Shown here piece after piece: positions 37,119 to 47,991 of a stretch of 64,000 nucleotides of DNA (positions are counted from its first letter, which is position 1; each line of letters opens with the position of its first letter). The DNA is from Chloroflexota bacterium (GTDB lineage: Bacteria > Chloroflexota > UBA11872 > UBA12225 > JAJDUF01). Made by a program: the position numbers and the translations under genes. The stretch is from assembly GCA_034422515.1 (NCBI GenBank), contig DAOUJP010000007.1, forward strand, positions 21,175 through 85,174, given 5' to 3'. Below the pieces are notes generated by a model. That model made no database searches. It had not been told where the DNA came from and worked only from the letters and a program-made list of their open reading frames with translations.

Positions 37119-38444
37119 CTATGCGCCGCTGTACGTTCCCAGCGCCTCGTGCGCGGCGCACTCCAGATCATAGACCCGGCGAATACGCTGCTGGAGATCG
37201 GCCAGCAAGTGCTGGCTCTCCGTGGCCGTGAGCGGGAAGTCGTCGCGTGCCGCCTCCTGTAGCTCGTCGAGGCGGGTCCAGATGCATTTGATCTCCTCGG
37301 TTGCCGCGGCACCCTCGGACAGTAGCAACGCCTCTTTCTGGGCTATGAGTTCCTTGGCCTGGCGGCACGCCGGCACGTCGTCGGGCAACGCGGCGCTCGC
37401 TATGTCGCTCCAGCCCTGCCCTAGCTCGGCGTAGCGTGCGGCGAGTTGGCGTAGCGCGTCGTCGCGCAGCGCGTCGGCAGCTTCGGCAAAGAAGTCGGCA
37501 TACAGCGGCCGCAGCAGCCCGCCGCCGGTGTGCTGGTGCTCGATACAGTCGTAGACCCAAGTGAGCGCGAACCAGAGGCGGTGGCCGGGCGGAAAGAGCC
37601 GCGCCCAGCTTTGCTTGCTCTGGCTGCCGTGGATGTTCGCGGCCCACGTCTTGAAGGCATCGAGCGTGAAGTTCTTGATGCGCTGCCGTGCCAGCCCCTC
37701 GTAGCAGGCCCGTATTCCCGCGTACACGGCCGTCCGCAGATCGAGTTGTTGCCCAGGCGCCACGGTCATGATCCGGTGCTTCTGTTTCTTGATCCGCGCG
37801 CGAGATGCCGCCAGCTCCGCGGCCGTGATCTCGACCGGCTCGTCCAGCAGATCGCCGAGCAGCGCGTGAGCCTCGCCGAGGCGATAGACCGTCACGACAT
37901 GGTAGTCGCCGCCACTCCAGTAATCGGGCAGCCCGCGGTACGGCAGGTGGGCGCTCGCTACCCAGGCCAGCACCGGACCGCCCGCCGCGAGCGCGTCGGC
38001 CAGCTGCTTGACGGCCGTCTTGGCTCCGCCGGTTTCCTTGAACGTAGCCGTCACGCCGAACCGCTGCGCGGCCCGGTCCAGATAGGTGTGGTTGTTCTGC
38101 CAGAGGTGACGTCCGGCGATATAGAAGCTCGCAAAGTCGTGCGCCTCGTAGAAGAAACTGAAGACGCCCGCACCAATCCCCCCGCCGATACCGAACACCA
38201 TCGGCTCGCTGAAATACTCGCCGGTGTGGGGCGCCCGCACGTCCGCATTCGCCAGCAGGATACGTAGGGCGGTCGTCTCCGGGTGGATGCCCGGAAAGTG
38301 CAGCCGGCCCGGTGGTAGAGGTGCCGTGTCGGAGGCGCTGTCCGCGGGGGCGCCGACGATGTGGCGGCGAGCGGTAGTGTAGCGTTCCCCGGTCTGCGCC
38401 ATCCGGGCGCGGATACGCTGCTTGAGGTGCTTTTGCTTGGTCAT
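37119..38444 (-). CDS. BtrH_N/DUF4872-like (papain-like fold) protein with a basic N-terminal domain
   Basis: MTKQKHLKQRIRARMAQTGERYTTARRH leader; GIHPETTAL; SEPMVFGIGGGIG; YHVVTVY; GGGLLRPLYADFFAEAA. Confidence 0.75.
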   Translation of the reverse strand: MTKQKHLKQRIRARMAQTGERYTTARRHIVGAPADSASDTAPLPPGRLHFPGIHPETTALRILLANADVRAPHTGEYFSEPMVFGIGGGIGAGVFSFFYEAHDFASFYIAGRHLWQNNHTYLDRAAQRFGVTATFKETGGAKTAVKQLADALAAGGPVLAWVASAHLPYRGLPDYWSGGDYHVVTVYRLGEAHALLGDLLDEPVEITAAELAASRARIKKQKHRIMTVAPGQQLDLRTAVYAGIRACYEGLARQRIKNFTLDAFKTWAANIHGSQSKQSWARLFPPGHRLWFALTWVYDCIEHQHTGGGLLRPLYADFFAEAADALRDDALRQLAARYAELGQGWSDIASAALPDDVPACRQAKELIAQKEALLLSEGAAATEEIKCIWTRLDELQEAARDDFPLTATESQHLLADLQQRIRRVYDLECAAHEALGTYSGA

Positions 38445-38620
38445 CGCTGAAACCTCTTCTCTGGAGAGCAGCCCGGCCCCTGCGCCGCCAGAGCTACCCC
38501 GGTGAGAAACGCTCCAACAACCACCGTAGGCTCGAGGACACCAATCCCCTTTGCCCTCGCGTGTGCCGGACAGCGCAGGTGCCCGGTCAGAGGGTCAGGC
38601 GTGAAACCCCGCCACAGCCA
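38445..38620 (-). ncRNA. Putative structured 5' leader RNA (unnamed)
   Basis: Minus-strand helices CCCUC/GAGGG enclosing CCGGGCA/UGUCCGG, then GGGGA/UCCUC, then CUAC-GGUG/CACC-GUAG, directly upstream of the start codon. Confidence 0.45.
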
Positions 38621-38672
38621 AGAGTACCCGAACCGCTCTACGCCGGCAAGCCTCCTGGACAAGAGGCCGCCG

Positions 38673-39251
38673 TTAGGGTGAGGTGGCCGGCGGCGCTTGC
38701 TTGGGGGCGTTATCTTGGCCTGGTGTCCCAGCAGCCTGCTGCCAGCGGCGCCGACTGATCCGCATCCGCTGACCACCCTGCGGCAACCGCGTCGTATCGG
38801 AGTAGTAGCCGGCGGCGCGTAGCTCCTGGTAGATGACCGGGAGCACGGGTGTCGCGTCGGGGCGGTCGTGAATCCAGACGATGAGTGTCACCTCTCTGGA
38901 GACCTGGTCCAGCACGTGCCGGATACGGGTGGCGAGCTTGTCCGTGGGCACGTCCCGCAAGTCGGCGGTCAACTCGACCTCGGGGTCCCAGGTGAGCGCG
39001 CGGGGCGCTGCCGCCGGTTGGCCCGCCATAGCCGGCTTGGTGGGTGGCGCCGCCACGACCGGCGGCGCGGCCGGGCCAACCGGCCCGGTGCCCGCGCTTG
39101 CGCTACGGCCGCGCCGCCGCCGAGAGCGCCGCCGCCGGCTCGGTCGCGGCGGCTGGTTGGCGTTTCCCGCCGGGACGGATGGTGGTGCGGTCACCGGTGT
39201 CTCTCGCTGGCGCTGGTTGTCGGTGCCGGCCGCGGCGCTCATCTCGTTCAT
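38673..39251 (-). CDS. Hypothetical protein: Pro/Arg-rich disordered N-terminus plus small alpha/beta C-terminal domain
   Basis: RRRRSRRRRGR tract; globular segment LTWDPEVELTADLRDVP...MRISRRR; GAGAGAG upstream. Confidence 0.6.
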   Translation of the reverse strand: MNEMSAAAGTDNQRQRETPVTAPPSVPAGNANQPPRPSRRRRSRRRRGRSASAGTGPVGPAAPPVVAAPPTKPAMAGQPAAAPRALTWDPEVELTADLRDVPTDKLATRIRHVLDQVSREVTLIVWIHDRPDATPVLPVIYQELRAAGYYSDTTRLPQGGQRMRISRRRWQQAAGTPGQDNAPKQAPPATSP

Positions 39252-39682
39252 GCTGCTCTCTCTCGATCATCAGGACTGCACCATCGCGTCCGTCCGCTTG
39301 TGTCGTCCTGGCATGTCATTGCTCACAGTGCCGCCTACCGCAGGCAGACCGGGCCGGGGGAGGACGAGCAACGCGCCGGGCGAACGGGGCGATGTCCCCG
39401 GCCTCGGCTACCGTAGAATGTGGTAGGTAGTGGGGATTGTCCGGTCAGCAACCGGCTCCGCGCGGAGGGCCGGCTGCGCCCTGACCACCAAGCCAGGGCT
39501 GCACCACCTATTTCCAGCGGATTGTGCGGACCTGGCGTGTCACCCCTTAGTATACGCCAGCGCCCCGGTGCTTCCGGCCATTATTATAGGGGCCAGTGCT
39601 ATGGGAGACCTTTGCATACCCCCCGGATGGAGTACTAGGGCGGCAGTGCCACTTCCCGACAACCTGGGAGGGCCGATTTTTA

Positions 39683-39706
39683 GATTCCCGCTTTCGCGGG
39701 AATGAC
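39683..39706. repeat. REP-like ATTCCC-N8-GGGAAT palindrome (reverse orientation)
   Basis: GATTCCCGCTTTCGCGGGAATGAC is the reverse complement of 53556-53579. Confidence 0.8.
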
Positions 39707-39784
39707 GAGTTACGCAATGGTCTCTATGGGGAGTGGGGAGCCTGACCAGGGTAGGTAGTAGGTAGACGAGTGGAATACGCCACC

Positions 39785-39812
39785 GTGGGGGCACGTCATG
39801 CCGTGCCCCTAC
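39785..39812. repeat. GTAG-type REP palindrome
   Basis: GTGGGGGCACGTCATGCCGTGCCCCTAC, an imperfect palindrome related to 13711-13744. Confidence 0.7.
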
Positions 39813-39889
39813 CATGGTGGCAAAGGGCGTGGGCACCCTCCGGCAACCAACCCCAGTCAGAAGTGGGGGCAGGGCCGTATCCAAGTAGT

Positions 39890-40429
39890 TCAAGTTGATG
39901 CCGGCTTGGCGTGCAGCACGACGAGTTCATCGTCGCGGGAGACGTTTTGGCCCGGTTGTACCGCGACCCGCTCGACGGTGCCGGGATAGGGCGCCGCGAT
40001 ACTGCTCTCCATCTTCATCGCTTCGAGCACCACCAGTGCTGCTCCGGTGGCTACCTCTTGCCCTGCCTCCACCGCTACGGACACCACCCGGCCCGGCATT
40101 GGCGCCCGGATGGTCTGCTCTCCTTGCGTAGTCGTCGAGCGCGTGCCGGCCGCCCGGAGTGCAGCCGTTAGCGGGTCCTCGATCCGCACGATGGCGAGGT
40201 GGCTGTCCACCGACACGGCCAGCTGCCCGTCGGACAGTGGCGTGATGGCAAGCTCGTAGGCCCGGCCGTCTACCAGCAGCGTATAGTGGCCGGCCGCAGC
40301 GGCTCGGTCCGAACTCACCGCGTGCAGCGTGGCGGGCACCGCCTCACCATCCACCTGCACCGCCGGCGGCGCGCCCGGCTCGACCTCGATCTCCCACTGT
40401 CGGCTGCCGATTTCGACCGTGAATTGCAT
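39890..40429 (-). CDS. Biotin carboxyl carrier protein of acyl-CoA carboxylase
   Basis: IRAPMPG and EAMKMES biotinylation motif. Confidence 0.92.
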   Translation of the reverse strand: MQFTVEIGSRQWEIEVEPGAPPAVQVDGEAVPATLHAVSSDRAAAAGHYTLLVDGRAYELAITPLSDGQLAVSVDSHLAIVRIEDPLTAALRAAGTRSTTTQGEQTIRAPMPGRVVSVAVEAGQEVATGAALVVLEAMKMESSIAAPYPGTVERVAVQPGQNVSRDDELVVLHAKPAST

Positions 40430-40443
40430 GACTTGATGATAGG

Positions 40444-40492
40444 CTATCAGTCGTCAGTCGTCAGTCGTCAGCCATCAGCTACCAGCCGTTAG
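40444..40492. repeat. Heptamer tandem repeat, 7 units
   Basis: CTATCAG TCGTCAG TCGTCAG TCGTCAG CCATCAG CTACCAG CCGTTAG; the last two units overlap the accC 3' end. Confidence 0.85.
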
Positions 40493-42014
40493 CTCGCAGC
40501 GCCGCGCGCCGCGCCGCCGCCTGCCAGCGTGAGGCGGTTGGAGTTGTGGCTGCCGCCGGTGCTTGCTGGCCGCGTTCCTGGAGCGTGTGTAGCGCCGCGC
40601 CGACGGCGGCGATACCTGGCACGTCCGGCGCGCCGTCGGCAGTGCCCGGCGTGGTACGTCGCTGCTGGTACTCGTCCAGGAAAGACGTGCTGAGGCGCGC
40701 GGCGGCAAAGTCCGCGTCCTCTAGCACGTCGCGCAGGAATGGGATGGTCGTCGCCACACCGGCCAAGCGGTACTCCGCCAATGCCCGGTGGAGGCGCATC
40801 CGCGCCGTCTCGCGGTCCGGCCCCCACGCGATGACTTTTGCCAGCAGCGGGTCGTAGTAGGTCGTCACCTCTTGGCCCGGAAAACAGCCGCTATCTACCC
40901 GGACCCACGGCCCGGACGGTTCGCGCAAGAGACGTACTACCCCAACCGACGGCACAAAGCCGGCATCGGGGTCCTCGGCGTTGATCCGTGCCTCGATAGC
41001 GGCGCCGGGTGGCACCGTGTCGCTGTGCGGCGCGAGACGCTCACCGGCGGCGATACGGATTTGCTCCTGGACCAGGTCTACACCGCGCACAACCTCCGTG
41101 ACCGGGTGCTCGACTTGCAGCCGGGCATTGACTTCGAGGAAGTAGAAACTGCCTACCTGACCTGCCGGTGCCGTCTCTACCAGAAACTCGACCGTGCCAG
41201 CGCCCACGTAGCCGGCCGCCCGCGCCAGCCGAACGGCTGCTGACCAGAGGGCCTGCCGGGTGGCAGCGAGCAGATCGGGCGCGGGGCTTTCCTCGATTAG
41301 CTTCTGGAAGCGCCGTTGCAGGCTACAGTCGCGCTCGCCGAGATGACGCACGTTGCCGTGCGTATCGGCGAGAATCTGCACCTCGATGTGCCGGGGCCGC
41401 TGCACTTGCCGTTCGGCGTACACCCGGCTATCACCGAACGCCGCCGCCGCTTCGCCACGCGCCCGCTCCAGCGCCGCCGGCAGTTCGTCCGGCGTCGCAA
41501 CGGCCCGCATTCCCTTCCCGCCGCCGCCACCGGCGGCCTTCAAGAGCAGCGGATAGCCGATCTGTGCCGCGATCTCGGCCGCTGCGGCCGGATCGTCGGG
41601 CAACGGATCGGCCGTGCCCGGCACGGTCGGTACGCCGGCCGCGGCCGCCAAGCGGCGCGCTGCCACCTTGTCACCCATCGCCGCGAGCACGTCCGGAGGC
41701 GGCCCGATGAACACCAGCCCCGCCGCCGCGCACTCCCGCGCAAAGGCCGCGCTCTCGGAGAGGAAGCCGTAGCCGGGGTGGATGGCCTCGGCACCGGCCG
41801 TCTGGGCCGCGGCAAGGACGTTGGTGCTACGGAGGTAACTCTCCGTGGCCGGCGCCGGCCCGATACTATAGGCCTCGTCGGCTAGCCGGACATGGAGCGC
41901 CGTGCGGTCGGCGTCGGAGTAGACGGCGATGGGACTGATGCCCAGTTCGCGGCAGGCGCGAATGACCCGCACCGCGATCTCGCCCCGATTGGCAATCAGC
42001 AGCTTCCGGAACAT
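40479..42014 (-). CDS. accC: Biotin carboxylase
   Basis: KLLIANRGEIAVR, HPGYGFLSE, KAAGGGGGKGMR, DCSLQRRFQK, FLEVNARLQVEHPVTE, YYDPLLAK. Confidence 0.95.
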   Translation of the reverse strand: MFRKLLIANRGEIAVRVIRACRELGISPIAVYSDADRTALHVRLADEAYSIGPAPATESYLRSTNVLAAAQTAGAEAIHPGYGFLSESAAFARECAAAGLVFIGPPPDVLAAMGDKVAARRLAAAAGVPTVPGTADPLPDDPAAAAEIAAQIGYPLLLKAAGGGGGKGMRAVATPDELPAALERARGEAAAAFGDSRVYAERQVQRPRHIEVQILADTHGNVRHLGERDCSLQRRFQKLIEESPAPDLLAATRQALWSAAVRLARAAGYVGAGTVEFLVETAPAGQVGSFYFLEVNARLQVEHPVTEVVRGVDLVQEQIRIAAGERLAPHSDTVPPGAAIEARINAEDPDAGFVPSVGVVRLLREPSGPWVRVDSGCFPGQEVTTYYDPLLAKVIAWGPDRETARMRLHRALAEYRLAGVATTIPFLRDVLEDADFAAARLSTSFLDEYQQRRTTPGTADGAPDVPGIAAVGAALHTLQERGQQAPAAATTPTASRWQAAARRAALRANGW

Positions 42015-42113
42015 ACTTCATTCACCGCAGACTTCCGTGCTAGGATAGTAGCATCATGGCTGCCAATGTTGTGGCACGTACTGCCGGCGCACTCAAGAGC
42101 GATCAACCGCCAC

Positions 42114-42983
42114 TCACTCCCCAGGCGGAGAAACGTGCGGCAGAGATGGCTTGGGCCGCGGAATCCGGTCACGCCATTGCCAGTACTCGTCGAGGTTCCG
42201 ATACGGGACCGGCGAGTCGATGGCTCGTGCCATATCCGGTGTCAGGTAGTTCATCCAGTAGTCATCGAACACGTCCGGACCATGTGGTGCGAACGGCCCG
42301 TTACCATCCACCAAGCCTCGAATGCTCCTGATTGAGCCGATGTTTCTGGTATTTCCGCTCCCGGGGCGCTCACCGGCAATCCGCCACTTTTCTTGTAGCA
42401 AGAAAGTGAAATCGCCGATTACGGATACAATGCTCTGGAGATCGTCAATTGTGTAGACGCGGCGTTCGTCAATCGTGCCGTCCACACGGCTGTAGATCGT
42501 ACCGAGGATGAAATGTCCGCTATATTCCTCGTATGGGAATGTGATGTTCTTCTTGGATTCGCGTTGTCGAAAGTAGCCGGTGAATGATCCCAGGGTGAAG
42601 CCGTTCACGGAATGCCGGGTTCTCCGATATGTGCTCTTCAGGTCAAGTGCGAACTTGCTGCCGTCTGGAGCAAGGATGCTAATGTCCGGGTAGTGATTTT
42701 GATGCTCACTCAGTATTAATCTGAATCCGTGCTCCTCGGCGAACCGGGAAATAACGGGAAATAACATCAACTCAATGATCTTGGAGACTACTTTTGTATC
42801 TATTGAGATTGTATAAATGCGGCGATATACGTCAATGAACCCTTTGACTACCCAGTCACCGGTGTCAGTAGCCAAGGCATCAGTGAATCTGTTGAAGTGC
42901 CCGGCCAGAGCTTCTCTGAATGCCTCTGCGTTCATTTCCCAACCGCTTTCTTGTTCGAGTTTTGCACGGGAGCTATGTTCCAA
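42114..42983 (-). CDS. Type II restriction endonuclease, EcoRV family (alternative start 42935)
   Basis: DTKVVSKIIEL...QNHYPDI...ALDLKST...FTLGSFTGYFR parallels EcoRV (DTKVLSTIFE, QNHYPD, IDIKT); AT-richer than flanks. Confidence 0.88.
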   Translation of the reverse strand: MEHSSRAKLEQESGWEMNAEAFREALAGHFNRFTDALATDTGDWVVKGFIDVYRRIYTISIDTKVVSKIIELMLFPVISRFAEEHGFRLILSEHQNHYPDISILAPDGSKFALDLKSTYRRTRHSVNGFTLGSFTGYFRQRESKKNITFPYEEYSGHFILGTIYSRVDGTIDERRVYTIDDLQSIVSVIGDFTFLLQEKWRIAGERPGSGNTRNIGSIRSIRGLVDGNGPFAPHGPDVFDDYWMNYLTPDMARAIDSPVPYRNLDEYWQWRDRIPRPKPSLPHVSPPGE

Positions 42984-44052
42984 TCAGAAGAATCTCCCTT
43001 GACTTGCCGTTGGTGGACAACACATATTGATATTCTCCGTAGTGGCGGACTGTAACGTGGCGCTTGTATCGCTGGAGTAGCAACAGTAGCTCCTGCTCGG
43101 ACGGGATGCCGTCACTACGATAGGATACGACGATGATGCTGTCCTGGTGTCTCCTGAACACGCTATCGAAAGCAGCGTAAATCTTTCGTTTATCGATCCA
43201 TTCGCTTTGCCGCGCCTTCAGCCGAAGATGCTTGGAGCAATAGTCGATCATCTCGCCCCAAGTATCGTACATTGCTAGACCCTCCAGGAAATGGTAGTAC
43301 CAGTGATAGTCAACGGATGACCCTTTCCTGGATATGTAGGGAGTGTCAATATAGACGAGATCGTACTCGTTCGGAGCAGCGACGGCATCCATATTCAGCG
43401 CAACGTTTCGCTGCCCGTTGTCGAAGACGGCTTCGTTCGCTTCTTGCACGAAGATACGGAACCACTCGTCAAACGGCTTGTCCCACGAAGTCTTGTTGCC
43501 GAAAGATCGCTTCACGTCGGCTAGTCGGATGTAGAGATTTTTGCGGTGAAAGAGATTGTACGGTCGTTTCACTATACAGGACTGACACAGAGCGAAGAAA
43601 GCAAGGGAAAGTTTGTACGGATCATTGATCTGACGGATATTGGCGATGGTTTGGTCAATCCAAGCGTTCTCTTCGTCCGTGAAGTAAACGTCGGTGAAAT
43701 TGCTCTCTACAAATGAATGATATGCAATAAGCCGGTGCCTCTGAAGTAGCCATTCCACTTCATCAGGCGTGAGGCGAGCGTGGCTGTTCTCGATGAGTGC
43801 TACTCCGATATGGTAGTTGAAGCGGAGGCAGTCGTTGTACGTTACTTGCTTGCCTTCTTGCTTCAGGCGATAGCCAACGGCGCCGGTGCCGCCAAAGGCA
43901 TCCAAGCAGGTCAGGAAATCGAGGTCCGAGACTTGCTCCCAAATCCAGCTAGCGAGCTTGGCCTTGCTGCCCTGATAGCGCGTGGAAGGAAACTTCCCGG
44001 CTATTCCGAGTGGGAGTGTCGGCTGGTAGCTGATAGCTGCGCTCATGGTCAA
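42973..44052 (-). CDS. DNA adenine-N6 methyltransferase (D12/Dam-like, alpha class)
   Basis: RYQGSKAKL; motif I DAFGGTGAV; motif IV variant YIDTPY; immediately upstream of and overlapping the REase. Confidence 0.9.
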   Translation of the reverse strand: MTMSAAISYQPTLPLGIAGKFPSTRYQGSKAKLASWIWEQVSDLDFLTCLDAFGGTGAVGYRLKQEGKQVTYNDCLRFNYHIGVALIENSHARLTPDEVEWLLQRHRLIAYHSFVESNFTDVYFTDEENAWIDQTIANIRQINDPYKLSLAFFALCQSCIVKRPYNLFHRKNLYIRLADVKRSFGNKTSWDKPFDEWFRIFVQEANEAVFDNGQRNVALNMDAVAAPNEYDLVYIDTPYISRKGSSVDYHWYYHFLEGLAMYDTWGEMIDYCSKHLRLKARQSEWIDKRKIYAAFDSVFRRHQDSIIVVSYRSDGIPSEQELLLLLQRYKRHVTVRHYGEYQYVLSTNGKSREILLIGT

Positions 44053-44174
44053 CCCTTGTAGCCCTGCACGTATTGTAACGCTACACGCCCGGCCCCGGCA
44101 GCGCCCTGGATTGCAGCGAAAGCCGCAATGACGGGAGTGAGTGAGCGGGTGCTCGATCCTAGTTTGCCACTGGC

Positions 44175-45779
<1,605 letters not shown>

Positions 45780-45836
45780 AGGCGTTCTGTCCGTTGCCGA
45801 CCTACCCCCAAGGCTCCGCACGCGCCGGGAACTGGT

Positions 45837-45880
45837 CCCCTCCCCTGTGCATCGGCACGGGGGAGGGTTAGGGAGGGGGG
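45837..45880. repeat. REP-like element CCCCTCCCC...GGGGAGGGTTAGGGAGGGG
   Basis: Stem CCCTCCCC/GGGGAGGG followed by a G-rich tail, in a divergent intergenic gap. Confidence 0.65.
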
Positions 45881-46042
45881 CCTGGCTATGGTGTGCTCAT
45901 GGTATGCAGAGCGTAACACCGGGCACCACAGCGGGCAACAGCGCGGCGCTTGCCAGCCAGGTTCGCCGCCGATGATTTGACGGGCTGCGCTGCCCGTCGT
46001 ATGCTGATGGTCACGCGAGAACAACGCTGCGAGAGGTGAGCG

Positions 46043-46231
46043 ATGCCCCACGTGACAGTGCAGCTCTTGGCCGGTCGCACCGTGGATCAGAAGCGGGCGT
46101 GTGCGGAGGCGATCACGCAGGCCATTGTAGAGCACCTGAATACCAGCCCCGACCATACATCGGTGGTCTTCCAAGAGGTTCAGCGCGATGAGTGGGCCTC
46201 GGGCGGCAAGCTGATGTCCGATAGCGATTAG
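46043..46231 (+). CDS. 4-oxalocrotonate tautomerase family protein
   Basis: 62 aa, Pro2 (catalytic Pro1 after Met removal), GRTVDQKR, WASGG; GAGGT RBS. Confidence 0.92.
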   Translation: MPHVTVQLLAGRTVDQKRACAEAITQAIVEHLNTSPDHTSVVFQEVQRDEWASGGKLMSDSD

Positions 46232-46239
46232 CCAGTGCC

Positions 46240-47991
46240 CTAGGTAGACCGCTGGAAGCGGCGCCGCCGCTTCAGTTCGCTCGTGCGGAGCGGCGGCGGG
46301 GCCGGGCCGTCTAGGGTGGTCGGTTGGAGAGTTGGCGTCTCGTTCCGGGCCAGCATGGCCAGCAGCCGGCGCACGCGCTCGTTCCACTCGCCGCTGCCGC
46401 GGGCGTGGTAGGCGCGCAGCGGTTCGAGCGTGCCGGGCGTGGCGAGGAAATCGTCCAGTTCTTGGCGCCCTTGCACGCCACTATGCTCCGCGGCTTGGAC
46501 GACGTAGTAGACGTGTCCATGGAGGGTGACGAAATCCTCCTCGCCGACCAGCGGCCGCAGGAGCAGGCGCTCCAATTCCTCGCTGGCGGCTGCCGTGAAC
46601 TCCTTGACCGGGATGATCGCGGTCTGCGCTTGCCGTCGCGCTCGTAGCTCCAGCCAGACGAAGATCGCCTTCTCCAGGCCACCGATCAGAAAGTCGGGCA
46701 CCACGCGCTGCTGCCGATCCTGTGCCTGCACTTCCAGCGAGAAAAACCGCACGGAGTCGCCACCGATGGCCTCCAGGTCCTCCAGGCTCAGGGCGGCCAT
46801 GAGCGGGTGGACCCCCGCTGGCGGAGTGGATGACAGATGGGTGCTTCTGGACCTCAGCCCCAGGCTGCTTACCGTCAGTGCCAGGAAGCGCAGCGACCGA
46901 CAGGCGCGGACGCGCCGGCGCACCGCGTCAATCGAGGGCGCCAGTGACAAGGCCTGCTCCACGCTAATCCGCCCATGCTCCAGATAGGCTTCCAGCTCCT
47001 CTTCCTGCCGCCGCTGCCGATAGGCTTCATTGATCCGCGCTTCCCGCTCTCCCAGCCACAGATCGCCGGGGAGATCGACACCTACCTCATGCGTGTTGAG
47101 CAGCCGGACGAGCGCTTCCGACGTTGCCGGTGGCTCATCGGGTTCCGGCTCGAACCCGTCGTAGGCTTGCGCCAGCACCATGTCAACGGCAAAGGGCGTA
47201 AGCGCGACCGTCTGCGCCTCACCATCCGCACGGACGCGATCCAGCAGCACGTCCCAACCGTCCGCGATCTCTTGATCGCTGGCCGCATCTACGGCCGCTT
47301 CGATGTCGTTCCCGGCCTGCTCGTAGCTCTCTTGCGCCCGTGACCACGCTTCCTCATCCCCCGTGCCGGCCCGGCGCAGCACTTCGGCCAGAAACAGCAC
47401 ACGCATCCGTGCCCCGAGCGGCGCCACCCGTACCGGCGGGAGAAACTTCTGCCAGCGCATCAGGTCCGATTCGGGATTCTCGGTGTCGGCGAACTCCTCC
47501 ACGAATTCGCTATAGTGCCAGCCATCGCTCGCGGCCCAGATCGCGGCAAGCTCCAGATACAGCTCGACGGCCGGCCCGGCCACCGGGCGAGTGAAGGTCA
47601 CCTCGTCGTAGAGGCGTAAGGCCTCCCCGGCCAAGTCGAACAGCTCCTGGAAGTTCTCCAACGACACGCTGCCCTCGTCGGCCAACGCACGCAGCGCCTC
47701 CCCACTGAGCGCATTGGCCGCATAGAGCGCGCCAGCCTGCACGTACCGGCTGCGCGGCGTGAGCTGGTCCAGCGCCAGCACCACGTCGCAGGCCCGCTGC
47801 ACGTAAGCTGCGCGATCCGTCGGCCGCACTTTGGGGAGCGAGCGCTGCCTACTCTTGCGTTCTTCGATGAAGCGGAGTAGATCGTTGGTGCTCTGTAACG
47901 CTTGCTCGCCGACCACGCGGTATTGGCGCTCCATGCGCGTGAATTCCCAGAGGCGGTCGGCAATTTGGGTGTCGGCTTCAATCATGGTCAC
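46240..47991 (-). CDS. Hypothetical 583-aa acidic alpha-helical protein
   Basis: Long ORF with typical codon usage and GGAGG RBS; no motif recognised. Confidence 0.75.
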   Translation of the reverse strand: MTMIEADTQIADRLWEFTRMERQYRVVGEQALQSTNDLLRFIEERKSRQRSLPKVRPTDRAAYVQRACDVVLALDQLTPRSRYVQAGALYAANALSGEALRALADEGSVSLENFQELFDLAGEALRLYDEVTFTRPVAGPAVELYLELAAIWAASDGWHYSEFVEEFADTENPESDLMRWQKFLPPVRVAPLGARMRVLFLAEVLRRAGTGDEEAWSRAQESYEQAGNDIEAAVDAASDQEIADGWDVLLDRVRADGEAQTVALTPFAVDMVLAQAYDGFEPEPDEPPATSEALVRLLNTHEVGVDLPGDLWLGEREARINEAYRQRRQEEELEAYLEHGRISVEQALSLAPSIDAVRRRVRACRSLRFLALTVSSLGLRSRSTHLSSTPPAGVHPLMAALSLEDLEAIGGDSVRFFSLEVQAQDRQQRVVPDFLIGGLEKAIFVWLELRARRQAQTAIIPVKEFTAAASEELERLLLRPLVGEEDFVTLHGHVYYVVQAAEHSGVQGRQELDDFLATPGTLEPLRAYHARGSGEWNERVRRLLAMLARNETPTLQPTTLDGPAPPPLRTSELKRRRRFQRST

